Assembly (NCBI GenBank): GCA_013265495.1 | Contig: MU057744.1 | Location: forward strand, 1-64,000 | Reading direction: 5' to 3' | Length of the DNA: 64,000 nt | Source of the DNA: Vicugna vicugna | Taxonomy: Eukaryota | Notes under the pieces: generated by a model | What the model saw: the letters and a program-made list of their open reading frames with translations, nothing else | Database searches by the model: none | Told to the model about the DNA's origin: nothing | Position numbers and translations under genes: made by a program | In this document: one piece after another, positions 22,785-33,733 of the stretch | How positions within the stretch are numbered: the stretch's first letter is position 1 | Layout of the letters: each line of letters starts with the position of its first letter

Positions 22785-24139
22785 AATGACAGTCACATAA
22801 GAGAGGAAATGAAAAGGGAAATTTTTAGACTTCTCATCCGTCCAGAAAGCCCCAGGCCTGTTTCAGAACCCTGTCAGGGTAACTGTCGCCTGCGGTCACA
22901 GCACTGCAATCCCAGGAGACCTTGCGTCACCGGCCAACAGATCAATAAGGAAGTTCAATCACCAAACCACAAGGCAGCTTCTTTTCTAAACCCACAGGTT
23001 GCTTTAGAGGGTTTTTAAACAAGAAACTTTCCTGTTTTTGAAAGCTGTGAATCCACAGGTCTCACAGGTTACTCAAATTATCTTGTCGCTTGCAGCAACC
23101 ACTGGCAGGAATTCCAAAACTGCCTACTCCAGCCCTCCCCTCCCCTCGCTCCACCAACATCCATTTACTCACCAGAACCCTCATTTACAGTATCGTGTTG
23201 CCAACTGCTGACACAGAAGAAAAACAGACTGGTTATACATTAAGCTTTACGGTTAAAGGATCTGTGCCAGACCCTATCCAAACGCCATTTATCCACTGGC
23301 CAGACTAGGCGAGATAACCAACCCAAAGAAAACTCAAAGGAAACCGTTGTGCGTTCAGATCAGCCCTCCTTAGTACAGCCACACTCTTATCATGAAAAGC
23401 CCTACATACGCGTGCAAAGGTAGTGTGCAAAATCATCACGGTTCCTGGGAGACTCACATTCATCATAGGATGATCGACACATCTATGGGGAAATGTTCAG
23501 TGTATCCCAAACCAACCAATGAGCCTGCCATCCAGGCGGCTGGGAAATAAATGTAGAAATGCTGGGAGCCGCGGGGGGTGGGGGCGGAGAGGGTGCCACG
23601 GGGCAGGGGTGAAAGATAAACCGGGATCTAAATCCTCCATGGTATGCAAGTCAGACTTGTTTTTCTCCTAAGCAAATAGCACAGTTCAGATTACAGCGTG
23701 CACTGTAGAACCATGAGCTAAATCCACAAGCGGACATCTCTCTTTCCTGCTCAGCACAGCAGCTCAAGAAAGAGATGCCAGACCCAACAAGCACACCTGA
23801 TAGCCATCTCCTGGTTCAACTTCCACCCTGGCTGGGGGCCACCTGGCGTTGCTCAGGCAATGCCTGCAGAGCACACCCTGAGCTCCCTTGCTGGAAATGT
23901 CCACCCTCAGAGCGTGGACCTGAAGTCACCAGAGGGCTTCTGGGGAAGGTGGTGCGGGTTCTCCTGGAACTGCCCCATCAAAGAGAGGATGAACCAGGAA
24001 AACTCGAATCTGCAGCTGCAAACGGTGACCTCTGAGCTAACTTCACAGAATGCACATGGCATGAATGCACCTAGCAGACACTTACCTAATCTCACACTTT
24101 TCTTTCTTTTTGGGTTAGAATCAACACTTAGCTCATCAA

Positions 24140-24140
24140 A

Positions 24141-24174
<34 letters not shown>
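24140..24174. repeat. (CA)n microsatellite
   Basis: Directly visible. Confidence 0.9.
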
Positions 24175-24224
24175 GATACACCCGTTCCAGAAAGAACCTG
24201 CTCTTGGTTTGAGCATGCTAGTAG

Positions 24225-24518
24225 TTTTTTTGTTTCTTTTTCCCCTTTTTTTTTAATTGAAGTATAGTTGATTTACAATGTTGTGTTACTTTCAGGTGTA
24301 TAGCATAGTGATTCAGATATACATACTCCTTTTTGTATTCTTTTTCATTACAGGTTATTACAAGCTATTGAATGCAGTTCCCTGTGCTATACAGTAGGAC
24401 CTTGTTTTTTTATCTATTTTTTTATAGTACTTTGTATCTGCTAACCCCAGACTCCCAATTTATCCCTCCCCTCCTTCCCCTTTGGTAACCATTAAGTTTG
24501 TTTTCCATGTCTGAGTCT
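24225..24518 (-). mobile_element. L1 3' end (young type)
   Basis: Poly-T, AATTGAAGTATAGTTGATTTACAATGTTGTG, GTTCCCTGTGCTATACAGTAGGACC, TTTGGTAACCAT. Confidence 0.9.
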
Positions 24519-24699
24519 CTGGTGTTTCTTCATCTCATTTTGTTTTTATGCATCCTGATACATCTGTTAGCACCAAAACATTGGGATAGAGGGCAGAAGG
24601 CCACTCTGCTGTGATTTTTATGTTTGAAGGAGGATTCTTTCAAAATCTTTAAAACTCTCTTAGGAAATGTTGAGTGCGAAGTATCAGAAGTAAATCTCT

Positions 24700-24822
24700 T
24701 GGAGGGAGGGTAGAGCTCAGCGGTAGAGTGTGTGTTTAGCACACACCGGGTCCTGGGTTCCATCCTCAGTCCCTCCATTAAAAATAAATTAAATAAATAA
24801 ACCTAATTACCTCCCCCTGCAC

Positions 24823-24866
<44 letters not shown>

Positions 24867-24875
24867 AGAAGAAGA
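24700..24875 (+). mobile_element. tRNA-Ala-derived SINE (Vic-1-type), long form with an A41 tail
   Basis: Perfect 14-bp TSD AGAAGTAAATCTCT at 24686-24699 and 24876-24889. Confidence 0.95.
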
Positions 24876-25841
24876 AGAAGTAAATCTCTCAACGATTACG
24901 ATGGGTCTACGGTGGCACAGGACAATGCCTCCCCAGGCGAAAAGACAATAAAGTAAAAGAATTCTGGGGGACTCCAGACTTCCCACACAGAGGCCAAGTA
25001 GGGATTTCTAACTGTAATTCTCGTTGGCAAATAATTCTTCTACGTCGGTACAGAAAGCATCCTATTCTTCAAAAGTGTTTTAAGACTAATAGCTTTCTCT
25101 TTCCTCCTCTGGAAAAGCCATTGCTACAGAATTAACATAAATGTTGAACAGTTAATGATCCTTTCAGACAGTGGTGGTCTGGGGCCCTTGGGCCTGAACC
25201 ACCTTGCCTGGCTTAGGCGGAGCGCTGCCCGAAGGTCACCCAGCCGCCCTCCCACTTCGGCTGTGCAGGCCGTGGCTCCGTGTCCTCTCTCCGGGGGAGA
25301 AACATTGCCCAAAGAGGAAAATGTTGCCTCTCCTCTTTTACATCACCACTGACACCCTAGCCCTGGGCCTGTGCCACTAGGCTTGCCTCCAGGACTGAGT
25401 GTTCCCTGCTATCCTGGGCCTTCCAGCTCGGATGCCAAAGAGGGCACTAGGTAATGGGTATTTTTGACGAAGGACACCACAGGAGGTCTGCCCACTACTT
25501 TGGGGAGTTCTCCATTCAGGGTCATCACCAACCCCGTCCACTCGGACCAACTAGAGGAAAAGAACCTATCTGAGCAAACGTAAGAAGACGTCACCTCGTA
25601 TGTGTGTCTGTCAGAAGTTCCTCATAATAGAGAGTGTTCACTCAATTCATCTATTTTCAATAACAAAATATCCTGAAAAGAATTCAGTCAGTACAAGTCT
25701 GGGATGGTCACAGAGGTGGCCTAGAAGAACAGCTGTATTTTTTTTAACTCAAAGAAATTTTAAAGTTTCTGTAGTTATTCTCGAAAGTATGCTCTCCGAT
25801 TGCAAGTATTAGATAACGTAAGTCAATCTTTGAAAGCTCAC

Positions 25842-26100
25842 TTTTTAAAAAAATTTTATTATGAAATTTTTTAAATAGAGCAAAAGAAGAGCGTACAATA
25901 AAATGAAGTTCCATATATTCATCTCCCAGATTAATCAACATGCAGGTTTTTCCACATTTGCTTCACTAATCCTTTTTTTGTCCTCTATCTTCTTCTCTTT
26001 GCTGAGGTATCGCAAACAAAATCCCAGACCTCACGTCATGTCGCCCCTTCATACTTGAGTATGCATCATTAAAATGCACGAACACTTCCTCACACAGCCA
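25842..26100 (-). mobile_element. Old L1MC-type 3' end
   Basis: TTTTATTATGAAATTTTT..CCACATTTGCTTCA..AAATCCCAGAC motifs. Confidence 0.6.
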
Positions 26101-26418
26101 CAAGATCCCTTTTAAAAGCAGTACAAGATGAAGTTAGCTTTATGGAGATCACAAATGGTGCATGCATATTGAGCCCACCATACAAACGCAAAAACCATTG
26201 GACAGAAGCAAGGTGACCTGTTCTGGAAGATGGAGTAAGGTCACTCCAAAGGGGGCTCGAGTGATGACAAAGGGTCTGAATAATGAGTTTTTTAAAACAC
26301 TCTAAATAACTATACTTATGCATATAATTTTAAACATGCATGTAATTAAATCAATAAATTAAATTTTATAACTAGAAACTTGACTATTTCACTTGCATCA
26401 TTAAAAGTGTGCATATTC

Positions 26419-26539
26419 TGTGGGGGTTATAGTTCAGTGGAAGAGCACGTGCTTAGCATGCACAATGTCCTGGGTTCGATTCCTAGTATCTCCATTAAAA
26501 AAATAGGTGAACCTAATTACCACCCTCCTCTAGAAAAAA
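26419..26539 (+). mobile_element. tRNA-Ala-derived SINE (Vic-1-type), long form
   Basis: TSD AAAAGYGTGCATATTC at 26403-26418 and 26540-26555 (one CpG/TpG difference). Confidence 0.95.
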
Positions 26540-27427
26540 AAAAGCGTGCATATTCAAGCTAGCCAAGAAAAAAAGCACACACACACACAAGACTTTTGTA
26601 ACTTGCTCGTTGGGAAATGGGACATTGCCTCATATTTGGAGTTGCATATATGGTATCGTCAGCCCACTGCCTGCCAGCCTTGCCAAGACTGCCCATCCTA
26701 ACGAGAGCATTTCTCCTTGTGTCTACTAGACTCCAAGCACTATGCCCAGCCTGAATACACAGGTCCCTTATGTGTGTGCAAGCCCTCCGAGGGCCTCCTG
26801 CAAGCCTCTCGTTTCCACAGGGAAGAAAACGGAAGCTTCAAGAAAGTGAGTTATTCTCCCTGGGAAGTAAGATGGAATGAGGTCTGACTTCATCGTTCTC
26901 CGCTGCTGCCTCTGCAAGCTCTTTCTTCCCTCCCTTCCCCACTTTAGATCTGCCCTGATCCCCTCCCCAATACCTAGGCCCCTGCAGCATACTCAAATGC
27001 AGGGGAACTGAACGCAGGCTGGGAGGAGGGGTGCGTGATTCACAGCACGGCTATCGCACCCTTTTGTTGTCGCCGAATTATTGTTTCTGGCTATCATAGG
27101 TGACAAACAATAGATGATACCCCCAAATGGTCTTGCTGATTCCGCTAAGGCGACAAAATCGGCCGCGGCACTTACAGAAAGGTTTGCCTGGCTGGATGGG
27201 CAGCTGGATGGTCTCAAGCTCCAATCATCCTCATTCTGTGCCCTCGCTGCTTTTGCCCATTTGATAAGACATCTTCCCATCCAGAGCCCCAACTACACTT
27301 GATAGTCCTCTGCCAGCTCCTCTGGTGCGAACTCACCGTAAAAGGAGGAGAGGAAACACCCCAGTGGCAGCGGGTTTGTGCTGCACATAAATGTAAAACA
27401 TAACCCCAGGGATCTTTGCTCAGCATC

Positions 27428-27510
27428 ACTCCCTAACTGTGGGGTGATCCCCAGGCAAGTCATTTAACCTTTCTTTATTGCAGTTTCTTTACCATTAAAA
27501 TGCAGTATTT
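27428..27510 (+). mobile_element. MIR core fragment
   Basis: GGCAAGTCATTTAACCTTTCT..CAGTTTCTTTACCATTAAAATG. Confidence 0.55.
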
Positions 27511-27824
27511 GGGGACCATGGCTGAAAGGGCCAAATAATATTATCCAATTCAGGTGGAAAGCACTGGATAAATGCTACAGAGGCTAGGACTTAAATAGTC
27601 ACATATGGTTTCACGAAAAGCACTCCAGTGCATTGGCTAAAAAAAAAACAAAACGCGGGAGCGAACAGATCTGGCTGGAAATGAACTGCAAATTGATAAA
27701 CATTCAGTTGCTAATGCCGTGTTTATTATTTTTCACTAGGATAAAAATTAACTTGTGCGGCCTTGGCCAGAAAACAGATTGAACTCTACCATCTGGGGAG
27801 TGGAAACGGTATTTCTTTAGCCTC

Positions 27825-28290
27825 GGGTGACACACAGGTTACCGCGGCCAGCTCGGATTTTATTTGTAAATAGGCCCTGGGTGTCCAGACAACAGAACGA
27901 GGGGGAGGTTTCTGGGAAGCACAGTCTAACGAGCCCGCGTCCCACAAGGGCAGCTCTCTGGAGGGAGCTTAGGAAACAGCCGCCCCCCATCATCCTCGGT
28001 GTCCCGCATTTCCCAAGAAAGAGGTTGCCACACGCGCAGGCGAATGGCAGCTACCCGGGAAGCCAGCGCGGCGGCCTCGGGGGAGGGCCGGGGGCGCACT
28101 GGGGCGGGGCGCGCGGGCGGCCCGGGCGCGCGCGGGGCGGGGCCGGGGACGAGCCCGAGCAGGCTCGGTGGACGCCGGTCGGGCCGCGTGACAGCGCCCG
28201 CAGCCGCGCCCTCCCCCGGGCACTTGTCCGCCGCCCGCAGCTGGATCCGTGCACTCCAGCTCCAGCGCCCTCCACAAGCACGGGCTGAAT
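27825..28290. promoter_or_regulatory. CpG island with GC boxes and no recognisable adjacent coding exon
   Basis: Very high GC and CpG density; GGGGCGGGGC at 28101-28110 and 28134-28143; multiple G-runs. Confidence 0.8.
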
Positions 28291-28292
28291 TA

Positions 28293-28310
28293 TGACTCAT
28301 GGAAATCCCC
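28293..28310. promoter_or_regulatory. Adjacent AP-1 and NF-kB consensus sites
   Basis: TGACTCA 28293-28299; GGAAATCCCC 28301-28310 (reverse complement GGGGATTTCC). Confidence 0.6.
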
Positions 28311-29537
28311 TCTGTTTCAGGAAATCAGGTAGCTTTCAAACTCCCAACAATTGATAGCCCCTTTCGGAGCAGGGAGAATCGCAAAAATAAAAACAAAACA
28401 AAACAAAGAGAAATAACAGGCTGCAGCCTGCAGGTTTCCAAACAGGCTGTTTGGTTTCTAGTAAATTAGAGGGAGTGGGTGGTTGATGTCCCGAGTAATG
28501 TTATCCTGTGGCGTGTGGTCTTCTTTGACGTCAGCAAGATGTTTCTGTCTCCCTTTTCCCCGTCTTTCCCTTCCACACCCTGCTCTGTAGAGTTGTGCAA
28601 CCTAGCTCACAGGCTCAGAAAATTCCCACATTTTCAAAAATGAAGGGTATGGACTCGGGTGGGGGGTGGGGGTTACTCAGCCGCTGTCTAAATTCGCCAG
28701 CCATAAACACATGTGACTCAGGGCAGGGGGCAAGGCTGCTGGAAAGGCAGCAGTCACTGCCTGCTGTACATTCCTGCCTTCATCTCGCCTGATTAGCAGT
28801 TCCGTCCGAGGGAACATTCTTCCTGTGGCGGAGAACACATTCTTGTCTCCAGTCAGCCTGAAATAGAATCCCGGAGGCCTGCTGCGGCTGCCCGGCTACT
28901 GCCCCCGGGGGCCCAGCCCGGGCTGCCGGGCAGAGAGTGCTCCAGGCTCCCCAGCTGCTTACCCCGTGCTCTCTGGAGTACACGCTATTTCCTTATATGC
29001 TGCCATGGTGTTGACACAGAACCATCTCGAATAAGCGTTCCAAGGCTAGGTGAGCATTTGTAGCCTGACCCTGCTCTGTTTTTATTTCCCCTGTAAATTG
29101 CTTTCCTGGACCCAGAGGATCGCTGTGGACTTTCCACGCAGGGTGCCGCCCACAGTCACGTGGTGAGTGTTGGTAGAGCAAAGCAGGCAGTTCCCATGTG
29201 GCTCTTGTCAGGTAGCTTCAGCAAGACTCCATTCACCTGACTCTCATTCTTTGCCCAGGCAACTCTTTCAAAGCAGAAATCTGTCCCAGACCGCAAATGG
29301 GGCAGGGAGCAGGCCCCGGGACCCCGTGGGCCTGATTTCCCCCATCGGACATAGGGTGCCCCTTCTCTGATCTGGACAGCAGGGGCCTCAGAGGACTTTG
29401 GAACAGGGGATGCTTTGTAAACCAGAGCTTCCAAACGCTCACTGCTGGCATTGAGTTCCTGTGAAGTCAGTTGGCATTGAAAAAATACAAGCACGGAAAA
29501 ATGGAGGTCACCAGAATCTGTTCAGAAATTAGAGCTG

Positions 29538-29836
29538 GTTGACTGGTAAAGAAGATGTGGTGTATACATACAGTGGAATACTACTCAGCCATAAAAAGAA
29601 TGAAATAATGCCATTTGCAGCAACGTGGATGGACCTGGAGATCGTCATTCTAAGTGAAGGAAGCCAGAAAGAGAAAGAGAAATACCATGTGATACTGCTT
29701 ATATGTGGAATCTAAAAAAGGACACAAGTGAACTTACCTGCAAAACAGAAACAGATTCACAGGCATAGAGAACAAACTTATGGTTACCAGGGGGTAAAGG
29801 GTGTGGGAAGGGATAAATCAGGAGTACTAAATTTGC
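29538..29836 (+). mobile_element. Young-type L1 3' region fragment lacking its own terminus
   Basis: Closely similar to 2930-3095 and 51550-51850; stops shortly after GGGAAGGGATAAATCAGGAG. Confidence 0.85.
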
Positions 29837-29985
29837 ACCTCTTGGGGAGTGATGGAAATGTTAGCTCTCTTGATTGTGTGGCCGTTTCACTGGTGTAGAC
29901 ATCTACAGAAATTCATGAAATTGTCCATCTGAAATATGTGTAGTTAGCCGTACAGGAATTATACCACAATAAAGGTGTTTTTTAA
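29837..29985 (+). mobile_element. Old L1M-type 3' terminus
   Basis: GGGGAGTGATGGAAATGTT..TCTTGATTGTG..ATTATACCACAATAAAG. Confidence 0.7.
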
Positions 29986-30864
29986 CAAAAGAAATTAGAG
30001 CTGGAACCTGAAAGATTAAAGAACCGTTTGTGCATGTATGTATGGCGGGAGGCCCTTTTGTGCGTGTGTATGGGGGGCTTGTGCAGGAGGGTGTGATAAG
30101 CAGGTGGCAGAGCTTCAGCGAGGGCACAGACCCAGCACACAGCTCTCTTTGGCGTAAGTGTCAGGAGGACGGGTGAATGAGAAAGGGTATGAGTAAGAGA
30201 AATGAATTCGTTTGGAAGACAGGGAAAGCAAAAAGGAGCCCAGACTTTCTGGGAGGTGAGGAGGATGGGGTGGGGCACGTCTGCTAGAAAGAACCGTTTG
30301 ATTTGAAGAACAGACTTCTAACGTGTAAATGCAAACCAGGAGCCTGATGTGATGACAAGTGAGCTAACGACGTTAGGTGACGGGTACTCAGCGCACCCCC
30401 GTGGGCCACATCTTACAAGTGTCTTGCTCATCACCACTGGCTTAGCCCTCATGGGACCCTCCAGAGGTGGGGCATCAAGGAAGAGACTCCTGGACCAGAA
30501 GGGTTTGGGAGGACTTGAAGCAGACACAACCCAGCAAGAGCAACCCACGCATATCTTCAAAGTCGGCGCCACCACCTGGGCCCCTTGGTGCTCCTGCCTC
30601 CGCTCTGCAGCTCCAGCTTTCCCGCACAGACACCAGACCTTCCGAGGGAGCCTCTGAGACTCGCTGGCGCAGGCCCTGGGAGCCTCCCTGGCCCAGCCTT
30701 GCTGGGTGATTTCTGGGCTCTCGGGGAAGCACCCTCCAGCCTCCTGGGACATAAAGGGTCCCAGGTAAGCAACCGCGATGCCTCTCTCACCTTTGAGAGA
30801 GGAGCAAGGAACCTGGGTCTCACCCAGCGCTAGTGGGGTGAAGTTCTATGCCTGAAGTTCTGCT

Positions 30865-31115
30865 TTATTACGTACGGGCGAGCTCTGCATTCAGCGTCGT
30901 CGCTGGGGTCCTTTTCTCCACCTCACGTTCCCGCCCCGGGAAACCCGTCTTCTTCATTTCTGGCCACTTCCGGGAAGTCCGTCTCCTTCGTGGTCAGCAC
31001 GTGGCTCTCCTGAGTGCCCCCCCTTCTTCCGCACCTGCCGTACTGTCCCGCACCACTGACACGCATGTAACAACGCAGGCCTGCGGGGGCAGAACTCTAA
31101 ACCCCCTCGCCGCAG
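30865..31115. promoter_or_regulatory. CpG-rich candidate enhancer with a palindromic STAT/ETS site and an E-box
   Basis: ACTTCCGGGAAGT 30966-30978, TTCCCGCC 30928-30935, CACGTG 30998-31003. Confidence 0.5.
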
Positions 31116-31619
31116 GTGAACTGGGTCCCTGAGAGAGGTGGGGGGGCTGCCGGGGGGGTCACTGGGAGGTGGAACCTGCACAGTCGCCTCCCTCTGGCCG
31201 CCAAGACGGAGCAAGGTGACTGTCACTCTGCGTCCTTCCCGTCACTCAGCCACCCTAGACCCCCCACCCCCACACATCCCAACAGATTGTATTCCTGTCA
31301 CCCACCCATTGACCTTCCATTAGATGTGGACTATCAACAGGTTCCGGAACACTGCTCGCTGCCTCGGCCGGTGTGTAATCTCCCTGAACAAAAGGACGGA
31401 ACACTCAGCCGCTGCCAGCTGGTTAAGCAAGGGGTTTGCAAAGCTCTTTGGCTAACAGCGCACGGACCAGTCTGTGCTCATGGAATGGGGCAAAGATGAA
31501 GCCGATGCCCCAGTGTCCTCCTGACACAGCAAGTTGCCAGCCTCCGCTAAACACACACACGCCCGTGACCTCCAGTGTCCCTGAAGAGTGGCACAGGTAA
31601 TGACCAGGGCATGTTCCCC

Positions 31620-31765
31620 ACAGCCAGAGACACCTGGTTCCAATCCTAGCTGGCTGCCCTCCTGAACCCTGGGCTCCTCTTCTGTAAAGTGAGGATGGTC
31701 AGGCCTCCTTGAGGGGCTGATGCAATGCAGATGAAACCTCAGACTTACAGGAAACGCTGCATAAC
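31620..31765 (+). mobile_element. Degraded MIR
   Basis: CCTGGTTCCAATCCTAGCT..CTCCTCTTCTGTAAAGTGAGGATG. Confidence 0.5.
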
Positions 31766-31829
31766 TTGAATCCACAACGATCCAAAATTGCCAGCAGTAA
31801 CACTCGTCACAGCAGCTTGAGGCTAAAGA

Positions 31830-32020
31830 CAGTAACAGCTACAGCTGTTGGAGCAGTGTTTATGAGTGATGTGTGTTAAGTACGGTATCTCATCTTGATG
31901 CACACTAGCCCCGCAAGGTGGGTATTATTATCCTCATTTTACACATAAGGAATCTGAGGCCCAGAGAAGTTAAGTAACTTGCCCAAAGCCACACAGCCAG
32001 TTAGTGGCAAAGAGATGGCT
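31830..32020 (-). mobile_element. MIR SINE
   Basis: TATTATTATCCTCATTTTACACATAAGGAATCTGAGGCCCAGAGAAGTTAAGTAACTTGCCCAAAGCCACACAGC. Confidence 0.85.
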
Positions 32021-33626
32021 TACATCAAGGTAGCACATGCTTCGAAGCACACCGGCCCCAGAGCGCACTCCCTTCACAGTGCTGGCTGCCTCCCAATGCC
32101 GTCAGCACAAGCAGAGCTCTCCTCACTTTCCAGGGCAGCACAGAGTAAATGCCAGTGACTATGCAGAGGGCTGTAGCCTTGCACGTGCGTGCATGTGTGT
32201 GTGTGCGCACGCGCATGCCCTTGGCCAAGGGCTTCACTTTCAACCAGCATTCAGTCTGCCAAAGGCCCATGTTCAAATCCTGCCTATTGAAAAGCTCATC
32301 TCTGACGTGGCAGGACGGATCCTCAGCCTGGAGCAAATGTCAGAAATAAACGAGGTCCATGGAAGAGGACAAAAACCAAACAGCCAAGGCCTCGGACAGC
32401 GTCCATAGGCATTCGGGTAATGATACATTTATTTTAAGCAGTTAGAAGGGAGAGCAAGAGGTCCATCCATGTTCTGTGTGGGCGGAGATTCATCCTCGCC
32501 CCTTCTCTGAGGGTAGTGCCAACAAGCCCAAAAGTGTTGACTTGAACCGAGAGGTCACCCCTTGGGGAGCCGTGGGTGCCTGTAGGTGGACCGTCCTGGA
32601 AGTGCCTGCGGGCCAAACAGGTATTAGCGCCTGGGCCTGAGCCCCGTTGTGCTGTATGCCCCCCCACATCTGCTCAGTCTCTCTGAGGTGGGGACCCCTT
32701 CTGAGCTTTCGCTCCTTGGCCAGGCCACACTTGTTAAGAGGCCAGCATCCTAGAAACTGAAGTGGCCTTGGAGTGGCTCTCTTCTGCAGTAGACCAAAGT
32801 TTCCTTGCTGAATCAGACCCCGTGATACATCAACTCTGAGTCACACACAAGCCAACGAGCCACTATTAGGAAGAGAGACAATGCAGTGAAATTTACCAGT
32901 GGCTGAATCTTAGCAAATGACAAGACTTGCCTAATCGCTGGGCGGATTCATATACATTACCTTCCAGATCACCGCGTGGTGGCTCTCGGGATGGTTTCGA
33001 ACTGTCAATATTTACAGAATCAGGCACCTAGCGACACAGGCCAAGCGGGCTAGATGTCTCCAAGAATGAGTCATACCAAGTGACGCCTTCTATCTCAGGA
33101 TCACTGCTCCATGCTCATTGGCTGGGCTGGACTAGAAGCCATCGGGTTATTGAAAAGCACATGCAGCGTTGCAGGCTCTGTTCATGTCTCTGGAGGAACC
33201 GACATTTATGAAATCGAAGCACGGGGGAAAGGGCATGGGTTTGAAAGCATGCAGAACTGTCTTTTAATCTGCTAGCTAATGCATATAGCTCAAGGGTTAG
33301 GGGGAAGTGGCAGAGAGAGAGCACCGAGACCCAAGGCTGTCTCTCACTGCAGTCAGACACATACTAAATCCCCTTGAGTGACATCACCACCTTGGCTGGA
33401 GAAGGACAGGCACCTGCATCACATCAGCCACTCACCAAGGAGGGAGGTGCCCCTGGGCTTATAGCCTGACTGACCACCAGCCTGGTTATCTGAGTAAGAA
33501 AAGTAGACCCATCTGCCCAGCCAGTCCAGCTAGATACCCTTGGCTCTATTCAAGCACTGGAAGATCATTTCTTGAGGTCTTGAAAGCGTAGGTACTCAGG
33601 AGTCACCCATATAAAATGCAGATAAT

Positions 33627-33733
33627 GGGGTGGGGGTGGGTATAGCTCAGTGATAGAGCACATGCTTGCTGGGCAAGGTCCTAGGTTCAATCCCCAGTAC
33701 CTCTGTTAAAAATAATAATAAAGTAAAATAAAA
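33627..33733 (+). mobile_element. tRNA-Ala-derived SINE (Vic-1-type), probably short form
   Basis: GGGTATAGCTCAGTGATAGAG..GGTTCAATCCCCAGTACCTC plus (TAAAA)n tail. Confidence 0.85.

Noticed and set aside
31620..32020. Oppositely oriented MIR pair as a possible dsRNA hairpin
   Set aside because: The copies are too diverged for extended pairing to be credible by eye.
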